This document shows, in pieces, positions 17,032 through 25,845 of a DNA stretch of 64,000 nt (positions are counted from its first letter, which is position 1; each line of letters opens with the position of its first letter). The notes beneath the pieces are model-generated. The model ran no database searches and was not told the DNA's origin. It saw nothing but the letters and a program-made list of their open reading frames with translations. The stretch lies in IMG/VR virus record IMGVR_UViG_3300023116_000031, positions 9,823-73,822 of that record; one strand, given 5' to 3'. A program made the position numbers and the translations under genes. Source of the stretch: a virus.

Positions 17032-18258
17032 ATGGCACAGGCACCCTACTCCGGCAAGCCCAAGCAGGATGCGTTCCTGCGCGCGGCTGACGCGGCTGGC
17101 TTTCCCGCTGGCTCCATCGTCGGCTACGCCGAGATTGACTCCATCATCGGCGACGCTACTCGCCCGTGGTGGCTGATCAACGCGATCGAGCATCGCGCTG
17201 GTCGCGGCAAGTTTCTTCTGCCCGCGATCGGCGGTGCGGTTGCGGCTGCTCCGAAGCCCGCGCCCAAGCGCGCTCCTGCTCCGAAGCGCGCTGCGGCTCC
17301 TGCTCCGGTCGCGGCTCCTGCTGCGGTCGAGCCTGTTGTTGCTCCGATTATGAAGGTCAGCTCGGTTTCCTACTCGGCTGTTCCTTCCAAGTCGGACAAC
17401 TTCGTTCCGTTCGGACACTTCTCCGATCTGAAGCAGGTCTTCGACTCTGGCTTCTTCTATCCCGCCTTCATCACCGGAATGTCCGGCAACGGCAAGACGT
17501 TCGCTGTCGAGCAGGCTGCGGCTCGCTCGGGTCGCGAGTTGTTTCGCGTCAACGTGACCGTCGAGACGGACGAGGATGACCTCCTCGGTGGCTTCCGCCT
17601 CGTCGATGGCGAGACGCGATGGTTCGATGGTCCCGTCGTCGAGGCCATGCGACGCGGAGCGATCCTGCTCCTCGACGAGATTGACCTTGCGTCTAATCGG
17701 ATCATGTGCCTCCAGCCTGTCCTCGAAGGCAAGCCTGTGCTGCTGAAGAAGATCAATGAGATCATCACTCCTGCTGATGGCTTCACGATCGTCGCGACGG
17801 CGAACACGAAGGGCAAGGGGTCCGACGATGGTCGCTACGTTGGGACCAACGTGCTGAACGATGCGTTCCTTGAGCGATTCGCGATCACGTTCGAGTGGGA
17901 CTATCCGTCCGCTCCGGTCGAGACCAAGATCATCTCTGGGACTCTCGCCAAGCTCGGTGTGGACGATAAGGAGTGGGCGAAGCAGCTCGTGACTTGGGCT
18001 GGCATCACTCGCGCGTCCTTCGCTGAAGGTGCGGTTGACGAGTTGATCGCCACTCGACGGCTTGAGAAGATCGCCCAGGCTTTCGCCATCTTCGGTGACA
18101 AGCGCAAGGCTGTCGAGCTTTCGCTCAATCGCTTCGATGCCGAGACCAAGGAGGCCTTCATTGACCTCTACGACAAGGTCGTCGGTGACGAGCCGATCGA
18201 GGCTGCGGAGCGACACGCGGCCCCCGACGGCAGCGAGTCCTCGGAGGTTCCCTTCTAA
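17032..18258 (+). CDS. MoxR/CbbQ/CobS-like AAA+ ATPase
   Basis: Walker A GMSGNGKT, Walker B LLLDEID, ATANTKG.G, AFLERF, C-terminal TRRL; Ala/Pro linker after an N-terminal domain. Confidence 0.9.
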   Translation: MAQAPYSGKPKQDAFLRAADAAGFPAGSIVGYAEIDSIIGDATRPWWLINAIEHRAGRGKFLLPAIGGAVAAAPKPAPKRAPAPKRAAAPAPVAAPAAVEPVVAPIMKVSSVSYSAVPSKSDNFVPFGHFSDLKQVFDSGFFYPAFITGMSGNGKTFAVEQAAARSGRELFRVNVTVETDEDDLLGGFRLVDGETRWFDGPVVEAMRRGAILLLDEIDLASNRIMCLQPVLEGKPVLLKKINEIITPADGFTIVATANTKGKGSDDGRYVGTNVLNDAFLERFAITFEWDYPSAPVETKIISGTLAKLGVDDKEWAKQLVTWAGITRASFAEGAVDELIATRRLEKIAQAFAIFGDKRKAVELSLNRFDAETKEAFIDLYDKVVGDEPIEAAERHAAPDGSESSEVPF

Positions 18259-18292
18259 TCATCGAGCCGCGCGCTCGACGCGCGCAGGCTCC

Positions 18293-18338
18293 CCCGCCCC
18301 GTAAGGTTTTGGGTTCCCTTACGAGGCGGGGTTTCTTT
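18293..18338 (+). terminator. Rho-independent terminator
   Basis: CCCGCC(C)CGTAAGG...CCTTACG(A)GGCGGG followed by GTTTCTTT. Confidence 0.7.
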
Positions 18339-18345
18339 CATGAGC

Positions 18346-18423
18346 CCTTCGACGTTTAGTCGAAGGCCTTCGACGTTTAGTCGAATGCGACGTTTAGTCG
18401 AAGGCCTTCGACGTTTAGTCGGG
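18346..18423. repeat. Four tandem palindromic units CCTTCGAC-GTTTA-GTCGAAGG
   Basis: Units at 18346, 18367, 18388 (truncated) and 18405; no unique spacers. Confidence 0.85.
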
Positions 18424-18572
18424 TTTCTTTTGATGAACGAGGTAAATGGTATGGATGATCTGGAGTTTCATCTGGAGCGGCTTGCTGATGCGAGCGCGGA
18501 GCGTGTCAATGAGTTCGTGGCACATTGGCTTGAGGTCGAGAGCATCGTCGAGATGTTCGAGGAGGCATAGTA

Positions 18573-19115
18573 ATGTCGGATCTGTTCGGCGGCGATTGGA
18601 AAAAGGTACAAACCTTTGAGATAGACTTTCGTGACCGGGCGTTCGCAAAGGGCTTTAGTTCGCCGCCGATCGACGCGGAGTCGCAGCGATTGGAATATTA
18701 TGATGAGTTCACTGAACTTGGCGTTCGTCTAATATCAAACGACTATGATCAATCGCCATATGCGGTAATGTTCGTGAACCGTGACGTTGACTGGTCGAAG
18801 ATTAGGGACAGGGCGGGGTGGGAAGAGTTCTACCGCGTTGACCCGGACAAGTTCTGGTTAGTATCGGTTCGCCAGCGCAAGGAATCGCTGCCTAATGTCT
18901 TTACCTTGCTATGGTTCCGTTGGAGCAGGGATCTGTCCCATGATCATCCTGATTTTTCGAGGGCGTCGAACGCTTTGGGTGTTCCGTTTGAATCCGAACC
19001 AGTCGAAGAGTGGATCTGGAACTACGAAACGAACACATTCATCACGCCCAAAAAGGATAAGGAAGGGCGAAAAGCACCTTCTCGATCTTGGGCCCCAACC
19101 TCTATGTCTAAATAA
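18573..19115 (+). CDS. Hypothetical protein
   Basis: 180 aa; RBS GGAGG. Confidence 0.65.
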   Translation: MSDLFGGDWKKVQTFEIDFRDRAFAKGFSSPPIDAESQRLEYYDEFTELGVRLISNDYDQSPYAVMFVNRDVDWSKIRDRAGWEEFYRVDPDKFWLVSVRQRKESLPNVFTLLWFRWSRDLSHDHPDFSRASNALGVPFESEPVEEWIWNYETNTFITPKKDKEGRKAPSRSWAPTSMSK

Positions 19116-19138
19116 CTCTTCATTCATAGGAGGAATAT

Positions 19139-19375
19139 ATGGCTGCCAATAATTCAATCGCCTGTACGGTGACTGATGGTGATCCCGACCATATAGAGGA
19201 TTTGAGTGACAATCTGGAACAGCTTCTTATTGAAGCTGCGAAAGACATTGCGGACAGGATACCTGAACTATCAAGCGACTACGGCACAGCCCCCGACGGC
19301 ATCGACCTCATTCGTTTTCATGTGCGAGAGATTCTGATGGAGAACGTCTATCTAAAAATTATGATGCCAACTTGA
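19139..19375 (+). CDS. Small acidic protein
   Basis: RBS AGGAGG; CTAAATA upstream. Confidence 0.6.
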   Translation: MAANNSIACTVTDGDPDHIEDLSDNLEQLLIEAAKDIADRIPELSSDYGTAPDGIDLIRFHVREILMENVYLKIMMPT

Positions 19376-19442
19376 AATGGCATGTGACTTGCGGCTTCTA
19401 GTGTGCTATATACTAGGAGCCCTTTTTATTATGGAGGATTGA

Positions 19443-20429
19443 ATGAAGAAGGAAATTTCGATTGAAGAGTTGCGAACGAGAAAGATTTTTGTTGCGACTC
19501 CGATGTATGGTGGTCAATGTCATGGCATGTATGCAAAGTCTTCGACTGACCTAGCCACTCAAGCTGCCAAGTATGGCATGGATGTTCGGTTCTTTTACCT
19601 GTTCAATGAGAGCTTGATTACTCGTGCGCGTAACTATTTGGTCGATGAGTTTCTTCGATCAGACTGTACGCACTTGATGTTTCTTGATTCAGACATTGGA
19701 TTTGCTGCTCAGGATGTTCTGGCTCTGGCTGCTATTGCGGAACCCGGATCTGACTATGACATTGTGTGTGGTCCGTACCCGAAGAAGTGCATTGCATGGG
19801 AGCGCGTAGTTGCTGCTGTCAAGTCTGGGCTGACCGACCAACATGGCGCACAATGGCTTGAGAATATCGTCGGCGACTTCGTGTTCAATCCCGTCGAGGG
19901 TGGAGACAAGATCGACCTTGGCACTCCAGTTGAAGTGCTTGAAGGTGGAACTGGCTTTATGATGATTCAGAGGCATGTGTTTGAGAAGTGGAATGAAGCA
20001 TATCCTGAGCTTCAGTATACTCCTGACCACAACCGATCCGCGCACTTCGATGGCACGCGAAAGATCATGTGCTACTTCGATACCGTTATCGAGGATGAAC
20101 ACAACCGCTACCTCTCCGAAGACTATATGTTCTGTCAGTGGTCGCGAAAGATCGGGTTGAAGATTTGGATGTGCCCGTGGATGGTGATGTCGCATCAGGG
20201 TGCTTACGGGTTCAATGGAAACCTTCCTGCGATTAGTGCGGTTCCAAATGCGACGCACGGAGGAATGGTTGGGCAACCTTTGCCGAACAAGGTGAACCCT
20301 TTGACTCCGCCTCCTGCTGTATCGCCTGAACGGGCTGAAGGGCTTGCGTCACGAGCAGCACGGAGACGAGAAGCTGCTCGGAAGCGTCGTGAAGAGCGTA
20401 AGGCAAAGAAGTCGAATGATTCTGCATAA
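19443..20429 (+). CDS. GT-A-fold glycosyltransferase-like protein (ATPMYGG family)
   Basis: FVATPMYGG, ESLITRARN, MFLDSD (DxD), GTGFMMI, YLSEDY.FC. Confidence 0.8.
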   Translation: MKKEISIEELRTRKIFVATPMYGGQCHGMYAKSSTDLATQAAKYGMDVRFFYLFNESLITRARNYLVDEFLRSDCTHLMFLDSDIGFAAQDVLALAAIAEPGSDYDIVCGPYPKKCIAWERVVAAVKSGLTDQHGAQWLENIVGDFVFNPVEGGDKIDLGTPVEVLEGGTGFMMIQRHVFEKWNEAYPELQYTPDHNRSAHFDGTRKIMCYFDTVIEDEHNRYLSEDYMFCQWSRKIGLKIWMCPWMVMSHQGAYGFNGNLPAISAVPNATHGGMVGQPLPNKVNPLTPPPAVSPERAEGLASRAARRREAARKRREERKAKKSNDSA

Positions 20430-20841
20430 GACGATAGCGACAGCAGGAAAGTTTGACTGGCTCACGGATCTTGATGTCAAGTTTCTAAACTATGTCAGTG
20501 AGCTTGGGGATGACCTCGTTGTTATTCTATACAACGATCGTCGAGTTGATATGGGAGTTACCAATCGAGGCAATCGTGTCAATGCTCGAATCAAACAGCT
20601 TGAAGCACTCGATTGTGTGGATTCGGTTCTTGTTACTAATCACGGAGCAGATTTTCGATACGCTCCATTTACGGACATTGAGCCGGATGACCTGAGTGTT
20701 GGTTATGAGATTGAGCAGTTGCGGCCGCACTTGTTTGTTACGCACCAACAGAAGGTGTGGGTTCATAATGAAAAGGCGTGTGAGGAATTGAAAGTTCCTA
20801 TGCGTTTTGTGACAATGGAGGAATATTTTCCAGATGAGTGA
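20416..20841 (+). CDS. Degenerate cytidylyltransferase-like protein
   Basis: TAGKFD..., LGDDLVV..ND, LEALDCVD.V, LRP; HxGH replaced by TDLD. Confidence 0.65.
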   Translation: MILHKTIATAGKFDWLTDLDVKFLNYVSELGDDLVVILYNDRRVDMGVTNRGNRVNARIKQLEALDCVDSVLVTNHGADFRYAPFTDIEPDDLSVGYEIEQLRPHLFVTHQQKVWVHNEKACEELKVPMRFVTMEEYFPDE

Positions 20842-21148
20842 TTTCAAGTTTCGTGAAGACGAGTTGATGCAGGAGCTTCGCGAGTATATCGAATCTACCT
20901 ATGGGCAACATTACGTTGGCGGTGCAGGTGGCAAGGAAGCACTTCAGATTCAGGAGTTGTTTCATTCGATCGGCATCGCTGTTCCGTTCTGTCAGGCTAA
21001 CGCGATCAAGTATCTTTCGCGCTGGGGTAAGAAGGGAGGCAAGAATCGCAAGGATCTGCTCAAGGCTCTCCACTATACCATTCTGCTGATGTATTTCGAT
21101 GATGATAATGTGCCATCTTCGGACGATCAGTTGACATTTGTGCTTTAG
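20834..21148 (+). CDS. DUF3310 / T7 gp1.7-like protein
   Basis: TY.QHY, FCQANAIKY..RWGKK....DLLKA.HY. Confidence 0.75.
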   Translation: MSDFKFREDELMQELREYIESTYGQHYVGGAGGKEALQIQELFHSIGIAVPFCQANAIKYLSRWGKKGGKNRKDLLKALHYTILLMYFDDDNVPSSDDQLTFVL

Positions 21149-21158
21149 TAACTATACT
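21131..21158 (+). promoter_or_regulatory. Sigma70-type promoter for the replication operon
   Basis: TTGACA-N16-TATACT. Confidence 0.7.
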
Positions 21159-21201
21159 ATACAAGAACGACTCGTAGAGTCTCTGATAAGGAAAATACAT
21201 A

Positions 21202-21876
21202 ATGAAGATTTCAAGTGAAACCATTTCCATTCTCCAGAATTTTGCCTCGATCAACAACGGGCTTCAGGTCAAGGCTGGAAATATTCTGCGAACCATTTCT
21301 CCCGGTAAGGCTTTGCTCGCGAGCGCAGTTGTCTCTGAGACATTCGATGACTTTTGCGTTTATGATCTGAGCCAGTTCCTTGGCACTCTTTCTCTGTTCA
21401 ATGATCCTGACGTTGTGTTTGAGGATGGATATGCTGTCATTACCGATGGTAACAGCAAGGTCAGGTATGTCTATGCTGATCCGAATACAATCGTAACCGT
21501 TCCTGATCGTGAGTTGACGATTGATCCTGCCATCAAGGTTGTCATCAAGAAGGAAAATCTCCAGAAGGCTCTCAAGGCAGCGAATGTGCTTGGGCTTCCC
21601 AACATCGTCATTGCGGGAGATGAACAAGGAGACGTGGAGCTTCGCGCAACCGATGTAAAGAACAGCACATCAAACCAGATCGCTGTTGCACTTCAGGACG
21701 ACGAGGTTGTTACTTCTCCCGGCAACTCGTTTTCGATGGTCTTCAAGCTCGACAATCTGAAGATCATTCAGGATGATTACGTTGTGAGCATTGCAACCAA
21801 CGGAATCTCTGAGTTTGTTGGAAATACTGCGCGTTATTTTGTTGCAGTAGAGCAGGCTGACTCAAAGTTCAACTAA
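21202..21876 (+). CDS. g45: Sliding clamp gp45
   Basis: MKIS.ETI.IL.NFA.IN..., YDL..FL..LSL; T4 synteny. Confidence 0.92.
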   Translation: MKISSETISILQNFASINNGLQVKAGNILRTISPGKALLASAVVSETFDDFCVYDLSQFLGTLSLFNDPDVVFEDGYAVITDGNSKVRYVYADPNTIVTVPDRELTIDPAIKVVIKKENLQKALKAANVLGLPNIVIAGDEQGDVELRATDVKNSTSNQIAVALQDDEVVTSPGNSFSMVFKLDNLKIIQDDYVVSIATNGISEFVGNTARYFVAVEQADSKFN

Positions 21877-21897
21877 ATAAACAGGATCAACTACTAA

Positions 21898-22845
21898 ATG
21901 AGTTTGAACAATGAAGAGTTCCTTTGGGTCGAAAAGTATAGACCCAAAACGATTGATGAATGTATCCTACCGTCAAGTATCAAAGCCACTTTCGATGAAT
22001 TCCTCAAGGCTGGGGATATTCCTAATCTTCTGCTGGCTGGTTCTGCTGGAACTGGCAAGACGACAGTAGCTCGTGCTTTGTGCGAGCAGATTGGTGCGGA
22101 CTACATCATCATCAATGGGTCAGAGGAAAGCGGGATTGATGTTCTACGAACGAAGATCAAGCAGTTTGCCTCTACGGTAAGTTTCAGTGGCGCGAGAAAG
22201 ATGGTCATCCTCGATGAGGCCGACTATCTTAATCCTTCCTCGACGCAGCCTGCACTTCGTGGGTTCATCGAGGAGTTCTCTGGAAACTGCGGATTCGTTT
22301 TCACTTGTAACTACAAGAATCGAATTATTGATCCCATTCACTCTCGCTGTAGCGTGATCGACTTTCGTATCAACAATGCAGACAAGCCTCAGATTGCAAG
22401 CCAGTTTATGGCTCGCATGGAGCATGTTCTGACCAGCGAGGGGATCGACTTCGACCGCAGAGTTATCGCGGAGCTTATCAAGAAGCACTTCCCTGATTTC
22501 AGGCGAGTAATCAATGAGCTTCAACGATATTCAGTCAGTGGGAAAATTGATACTGGTATTCTGGTACAAGTTGCTGATGTTTCTATCAAGACGCTGATGG
22601 GAGCCCTGCGTGAGAAGGACTTCAAGTCCATGCGAAAGTGGGTTGTTGAAAACATCGACAATGACCCGACGCGAATCTTCCGTAAGATTTATGATTCATT
22701 GTATGAATATATCGAACCGGAAAGCATTCCGCAGACTGTGGTTACGTTAGCGGACTACAGTTACAAGCACGCCTTCTGTGCAGATGGTGAGTTGAATCTT
22801 GTAGCCTGTTTAACCGAACTAATGGTGGACGCTAAGTTCAAGTGA
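21898..22845 (+). CDS. g44: Clamp loader large subunit gp44
   Basis: WVEKYRP, G.AGTGKTT, DEAD, SRC. Confidence 0.95.
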   Translation: MSLNNEEFLWVEKYRPKTIDECILPSSIKATFDEFLKAGDIPNLLLAGSAGTGKTTVARALCEQIGADYIIINGSEESGIDVLRTKIKQFASTVSFSGARKMVILDEADYLNPSSTQPALRGFIEEFSGNCGFVFTCNYKNRIIDPIHSRCSVIDFRINNADKPQIASQFMARMEHVLTSEGIDFDRRVIAELIKKHFPDFRRVINELQRYSVSGKIDTGILVQVADVSIKTLMGALREKDFKSMRKWVVENIDNDPTRIFRKIYDSLYEYIEPESIPQTVVTLADYSYKHAFCADGELNLVACLTELMVDAKFK

Positions 22846-22849
22846 GGGG

Positions 22850-23134
22850 ATGATGGGTGCATTGAAATATGTAAAGTGGCCAGTCAAATCTCAGTTCGAC
22901 GATCCAATGACGAAAACTGAATGGGAATGGCTCGATAATAAGATGCGAGACTATATCACAGAAAGAGTGGCTGGATGTGATACCCAACAGGCAGTCTTTG
23001 CACTTGGTGAGTTGATGGCGGAACTGCACTCACAAAAAACAAAAACAGGTAACGTAAAAAATCAACGTAAGCTAGGCTTACAGCATGACTACACACTTTT
23101 TGTGTATGACCATTTGTTTGAAAGGATTCTTTAA
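22850..23134 (+). CDS. Hypothetical protein
   Basis: ORF track; RBS GAGGG. Confidence 0.5.
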   Translation: MMGALKYVKWPVKSQFDDPMTKTEWEWLDNKMRDYITERVAGCDTQQAVFALGELMAELHSQKTKTGNVKNQRKLGLQHDYTLFVYDHLFERIL

Positions 23135-23135
23135 T

Positions 23136-24596
23136 ATGGGTTTGGGACGAGGAGATTGGAAGCTGATTACAATTACGGTTGGTGAATTCATGGGCGATCC
23201 ACTTACTGCATGGAATGTTGAGCCTTCTCTAAATCAGCGTGCATATTGTGATACGGCTGCAAAGTTAAAACTGCGTGAGCCTATTCTTAGATCAGTTCTA
23301 ATAGGAGAACCCATTGGACCGTTCCATCTTGTAGATAAGTATCGCGAACAAACGGGAAAGACCGGGAAATATCGAGGACAAAGGGGAAAGTATTGGATTG
23401 AGGATGCGAACCATCGCAGAACTCATCTCATCGAGTTTGTTCAAAATAGAGTTTCTATTGAATGGGAGGGTAAGACTGTATATTTTCGTGATCTGTCTCT
23501 ATCCGATAGAAAGAATTTGTTGGAATATGAATTGCACATATATGTCTATTTCAATGCTACAGCAGAAGAGCGCGCCAGACTATTCCGTCAATTAAATTCG
23601 GGAATCCCCCTTAGTGTATATGAAGTGATGAATGCTTATATGAACGATGCTATGAACATCATTCGTATAACCACTGGGCTCGGAGAACGGTGGGAGGGTG
23701 AGGATGAGTATAAGATTCCTGAAATCTTTGATGAGCTTCCATTGAAGCGAAAACAGAGACACCCGTTGTGGGCTGATTTTGAAAGAGGAGAATGGTACCA
23801 CACAGCCAGTCTCAAAAATCGGATTGACTTTGCATCAAAGATGTTTATGGTTTTTTGTAAGAAGAATGATCCGAATAATGATTCTAGTATCTATTCAGCG
23901 TATAGCATGTCCATGAATGATCAAGGAGTGCTTCGACTTCTTCGCAGTAAGAATGATGGGCCTGGATATTGGCAGATGATTCAGAATCGTGAAGATGGGT
24001 TGTCTAAGAAAATTTTGACAGAGTATTATGATTTTTTGGATGAATTGAATAAGGTATTGCGAGCCGCACCAAAGGGTCGTAAGGATTTCACCACTCCTAT
24101 TATGATCGAAGGCATTGCGATGTTCATGTTGGGGATTGAGAATTGGCAGGAAAAGAAGATCGGAAAGCTGATTAAAGATTATGGATTGTTCGCTTCGAGC
24201 TTCATTGAAGCGCACGAATATATGCGCGAAAATCCTGAAGAGGATACGAAATATTTTGCATATACAAAGGCCTGCGGAAGAAAGAATGAAGAAGAGTGGA
24301 AGCTCAAGAATGACATTCTAAGGGAGTATTTTTCGGAAAACTACAACAATTTCGATCATAAGGTATGCGGAATTAATCTGGTAAATAAGGGGCAGAAGCG
24401 ATTCTTTACCCGAGCAGTGAAAATGCGAGTATTGCGTAATCAGGGAAATGTATGCTCTGGGTGCGAGAAGCCGCTAACCTTGGACGAATCGCACGCACAT
24501 CACATCATTCCGGTTGTTGTGGGTGGAGATACTGTGGAATCTAATTGTGAAATGCTTCATCAAACATGCCACATGGTCAAACACTTGGGGCTGTAA
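23136..24596 (+). CDS. DUF262 (ParB-like, GmrS/SspE type) plus C-terminal HNH nuclease
   Basis: NQR, IED(ANH)R (DGQQR variant), LFRQLNSGIPL; HNH CSGC...HAHHIIP..VGG...SNC.MLH..CH. Confidence 0.75.
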   Translation: MGLGRGDWKLITITVGEFMGDPLTAWNVEPSLNQRAYCDTAAKLKLREPILRSVLIGEPIGPFHLVDKYREQTGKTGKYRGQRGKYWIEDANHRRTHLIEFVQNRVSIEWEGKTVYFRDLSLSDRKNLLEYELHIYVYFNATAEERARLFRQLNSGIPLSVYEVMNAYMNDAMNIIRITTGLGERWEGEDEYKIPEIFDELPLKRKQRHPLWADFERGEWYHTASLKNRIDFASKMFMVFCKKNDPNNDSSIYSAYSMSMNDQGVLRLLRSKNDGPGYWQMIQNREDGLSKKILTEYYDFLDELNKVLRAAPKGRKDFTTPIMIEGIAMFMLGIENWQEKKIGKLIKDYGLFASSFIEAHEYMRENPEEDTKYFAYTKACGRKNEEEWKLKNDILREYFSENYNNFDHKVCGINLVNKGQKRFFTRAVKMRVLRNQGNVCSGCEKPLTLDESHAHHIIPVVVGGDTVESNCEMLHQTCHMVKHLGL

Positions 24597-25021
24597 TGAG
24601 TGACATTTACAACAAATCGTTCTACGATGAACGCATCAAGCAAATGCCGCTAATCTATGTTGGTGGAAGATTTAGTGATGGTGGTAAGTTACCGGAGGAG
24701 GATCAAAAAAAGAATCGCGACCTCCTCCGGTATCACTCTGCTGTGTTTACCAATCTCGGGTGGGCAGTTATATGCCCGCTGGAGATGGATATGTGGGCGT
24801 ATGATCGTGGGTTAATGAAGTATGAGGACTGTATTGGCAAGGATCTGGTGTTGATTTCTCGTTCAGATATGCTATTCTTAGCACCGGGCTGGGAGAAGGG
24901 AACAGGCACTCAAATTGAGTTTGAGTTTGCCCAAGACCACAACATTCCGATCATTCACGATCATATGTCTGCCCACGAGTTTCTACATGGCACATGGAGA
25001 CGAATAGATGAAGTTGGGTGA
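24596..25021 (+). CDS. Nucleoside 2-deoxyribosyltransferase-like protein (DUF1937/DUF4406)
   Basis: IYVGGRFS...D...I.RSD.LFL.PGWEKG.G..IE..FA. Confidence 0.7.
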   Translation: MSDIYNKSFYDERIKQMPLIYVGGRFSDGGKLPEEDQKKNRDLLRYHSAVFTNLGWAVICPLEMDMWAYDRGLMKYEDCIGKDLVLISRSDMLFLAPGWEKGTGTQIEFEFAQDHNIPIIHDHMSAHEFLHGTWRRIDEVG

Positions 25022-25397
25022 TTTTCTCACCTCCATCAATAAGAGCAAGCAGCCGTTGATGGACGAAGACGAGTTTGCGGAAAAAGAGTATCCTCCGTTT
25101 CCGATCAATCGGACTCTGAGTTACTTCTCGGATACCGTATTGTTCGCAAATGAGATGAACCGAAGACATTGGATCGACCATAAGCTCCAGTTCGATTATC
25201 TACGAACAGCCGTTCGTCAGAAGAGCCGATTTAGTCGATGGCACAAAGCGAACATTGAGGACGATGTGAAGGTCATTCAGCAGGTGTATGGGTATTCCTC
25301 GCAGCGTGCAATGGAAGTTGCCGATTTGCTCACACCAGAGCAAATGTCAGAGTTGCGTCAGAAACTCAACACTGGCGGTAAGGGTAAGATTCGCTAA
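25008..25397 (+). CDS. g62: Clamp loader small subunit gp62
   Basis: YPPF.INR.LS...D....NEMN, LQFDYL; C-terminal GG. Confidence 0.9.
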   Translation: MKLGDFLTSINKSKQPLMDEDEFAEKEYPPFPINRTLSYFSDTVLFANEMNRRHWIDHKLQFDYLRTAVRQKSRFSRWHKANIEDDVKVIQQVYGYSSQRAMEVADLLTPEQMSELRQKLNTGGKGKIR

Positions 25398-25425
25398 ATA
25401 GTCACTCCGAGGAAGGAGTGACAAA

Positions 25426-25845
25426 ATGGCAGATGATGATATTTTCAATGGACTGGGTGTTGAAGTTACGTTACCGAATGATGAAAACTTCCTGAAGGTC
25501 AAAGAAACCCTTACAAGAATTGGTATAGCATCCAAGCAAAATATGACACTGAGTCAATCCTGTCATATATTACATAAGCGTGGAAGATATGCTATACTAC
25601 ATTTCAAGGAATTGTTTATTCTCGATGGCAAAAGTGGTCGAACGAACTTCACGGATGAGGATGCACAAAGGCGAAATACAATCGCTGCGTTGCTCGCAGA
25701 GTGGGGATTGGTCGATTTAGTCGATGATGTTGATGAAAAGCTCTCAATGAGAAGCATCAAGATTGTGCCACATCGAGAAAAAGCACAATGGAATCTCGTG
25801 TCTAAGTATACGATAGGAAATGATAGAAATGAAAACTCTACTTGA
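25426..25845 (+). CDS. regA: Translational repressor RegA
   Basis: FLKVKETLTRIGIA...QSCHILHK.GRY.I.HFKELF.LDG. Confidence 0.95.
   Translation: MADDDIFNGLGVEVTLPNDENFLKVKETLTRIGIASKQNMTLSQSCHILHKRGRYAILHFKELFILDGKSGRTNFTDEDAQRRNTIAALLAEWGLVDLVDDVDEKLSMRSIKIVPHREKAQWNLVSKYTIGNDRNENST

Noticed and set aside
16921-18216. 431-aa minus-strand ORF
   Set aside because: Antisense to the AAA ATPase; explained by its strong codon bias; no motifs or RBS
17032-18258. True cobaltochelatase CobS (B12 auxiliary metabolic gene) linked to nrdJ
   Set aside because: Motifs support only a MoxR-type AAA+; no cobN or cobT is in the window
18346-18423. Possible CRISPR array
   Set aside because: Repeats are contiguous with no unique spacers; no cas genes. 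The 18340 ORF N-terminus is just the translated repeat, and the real start is probably ~18451.
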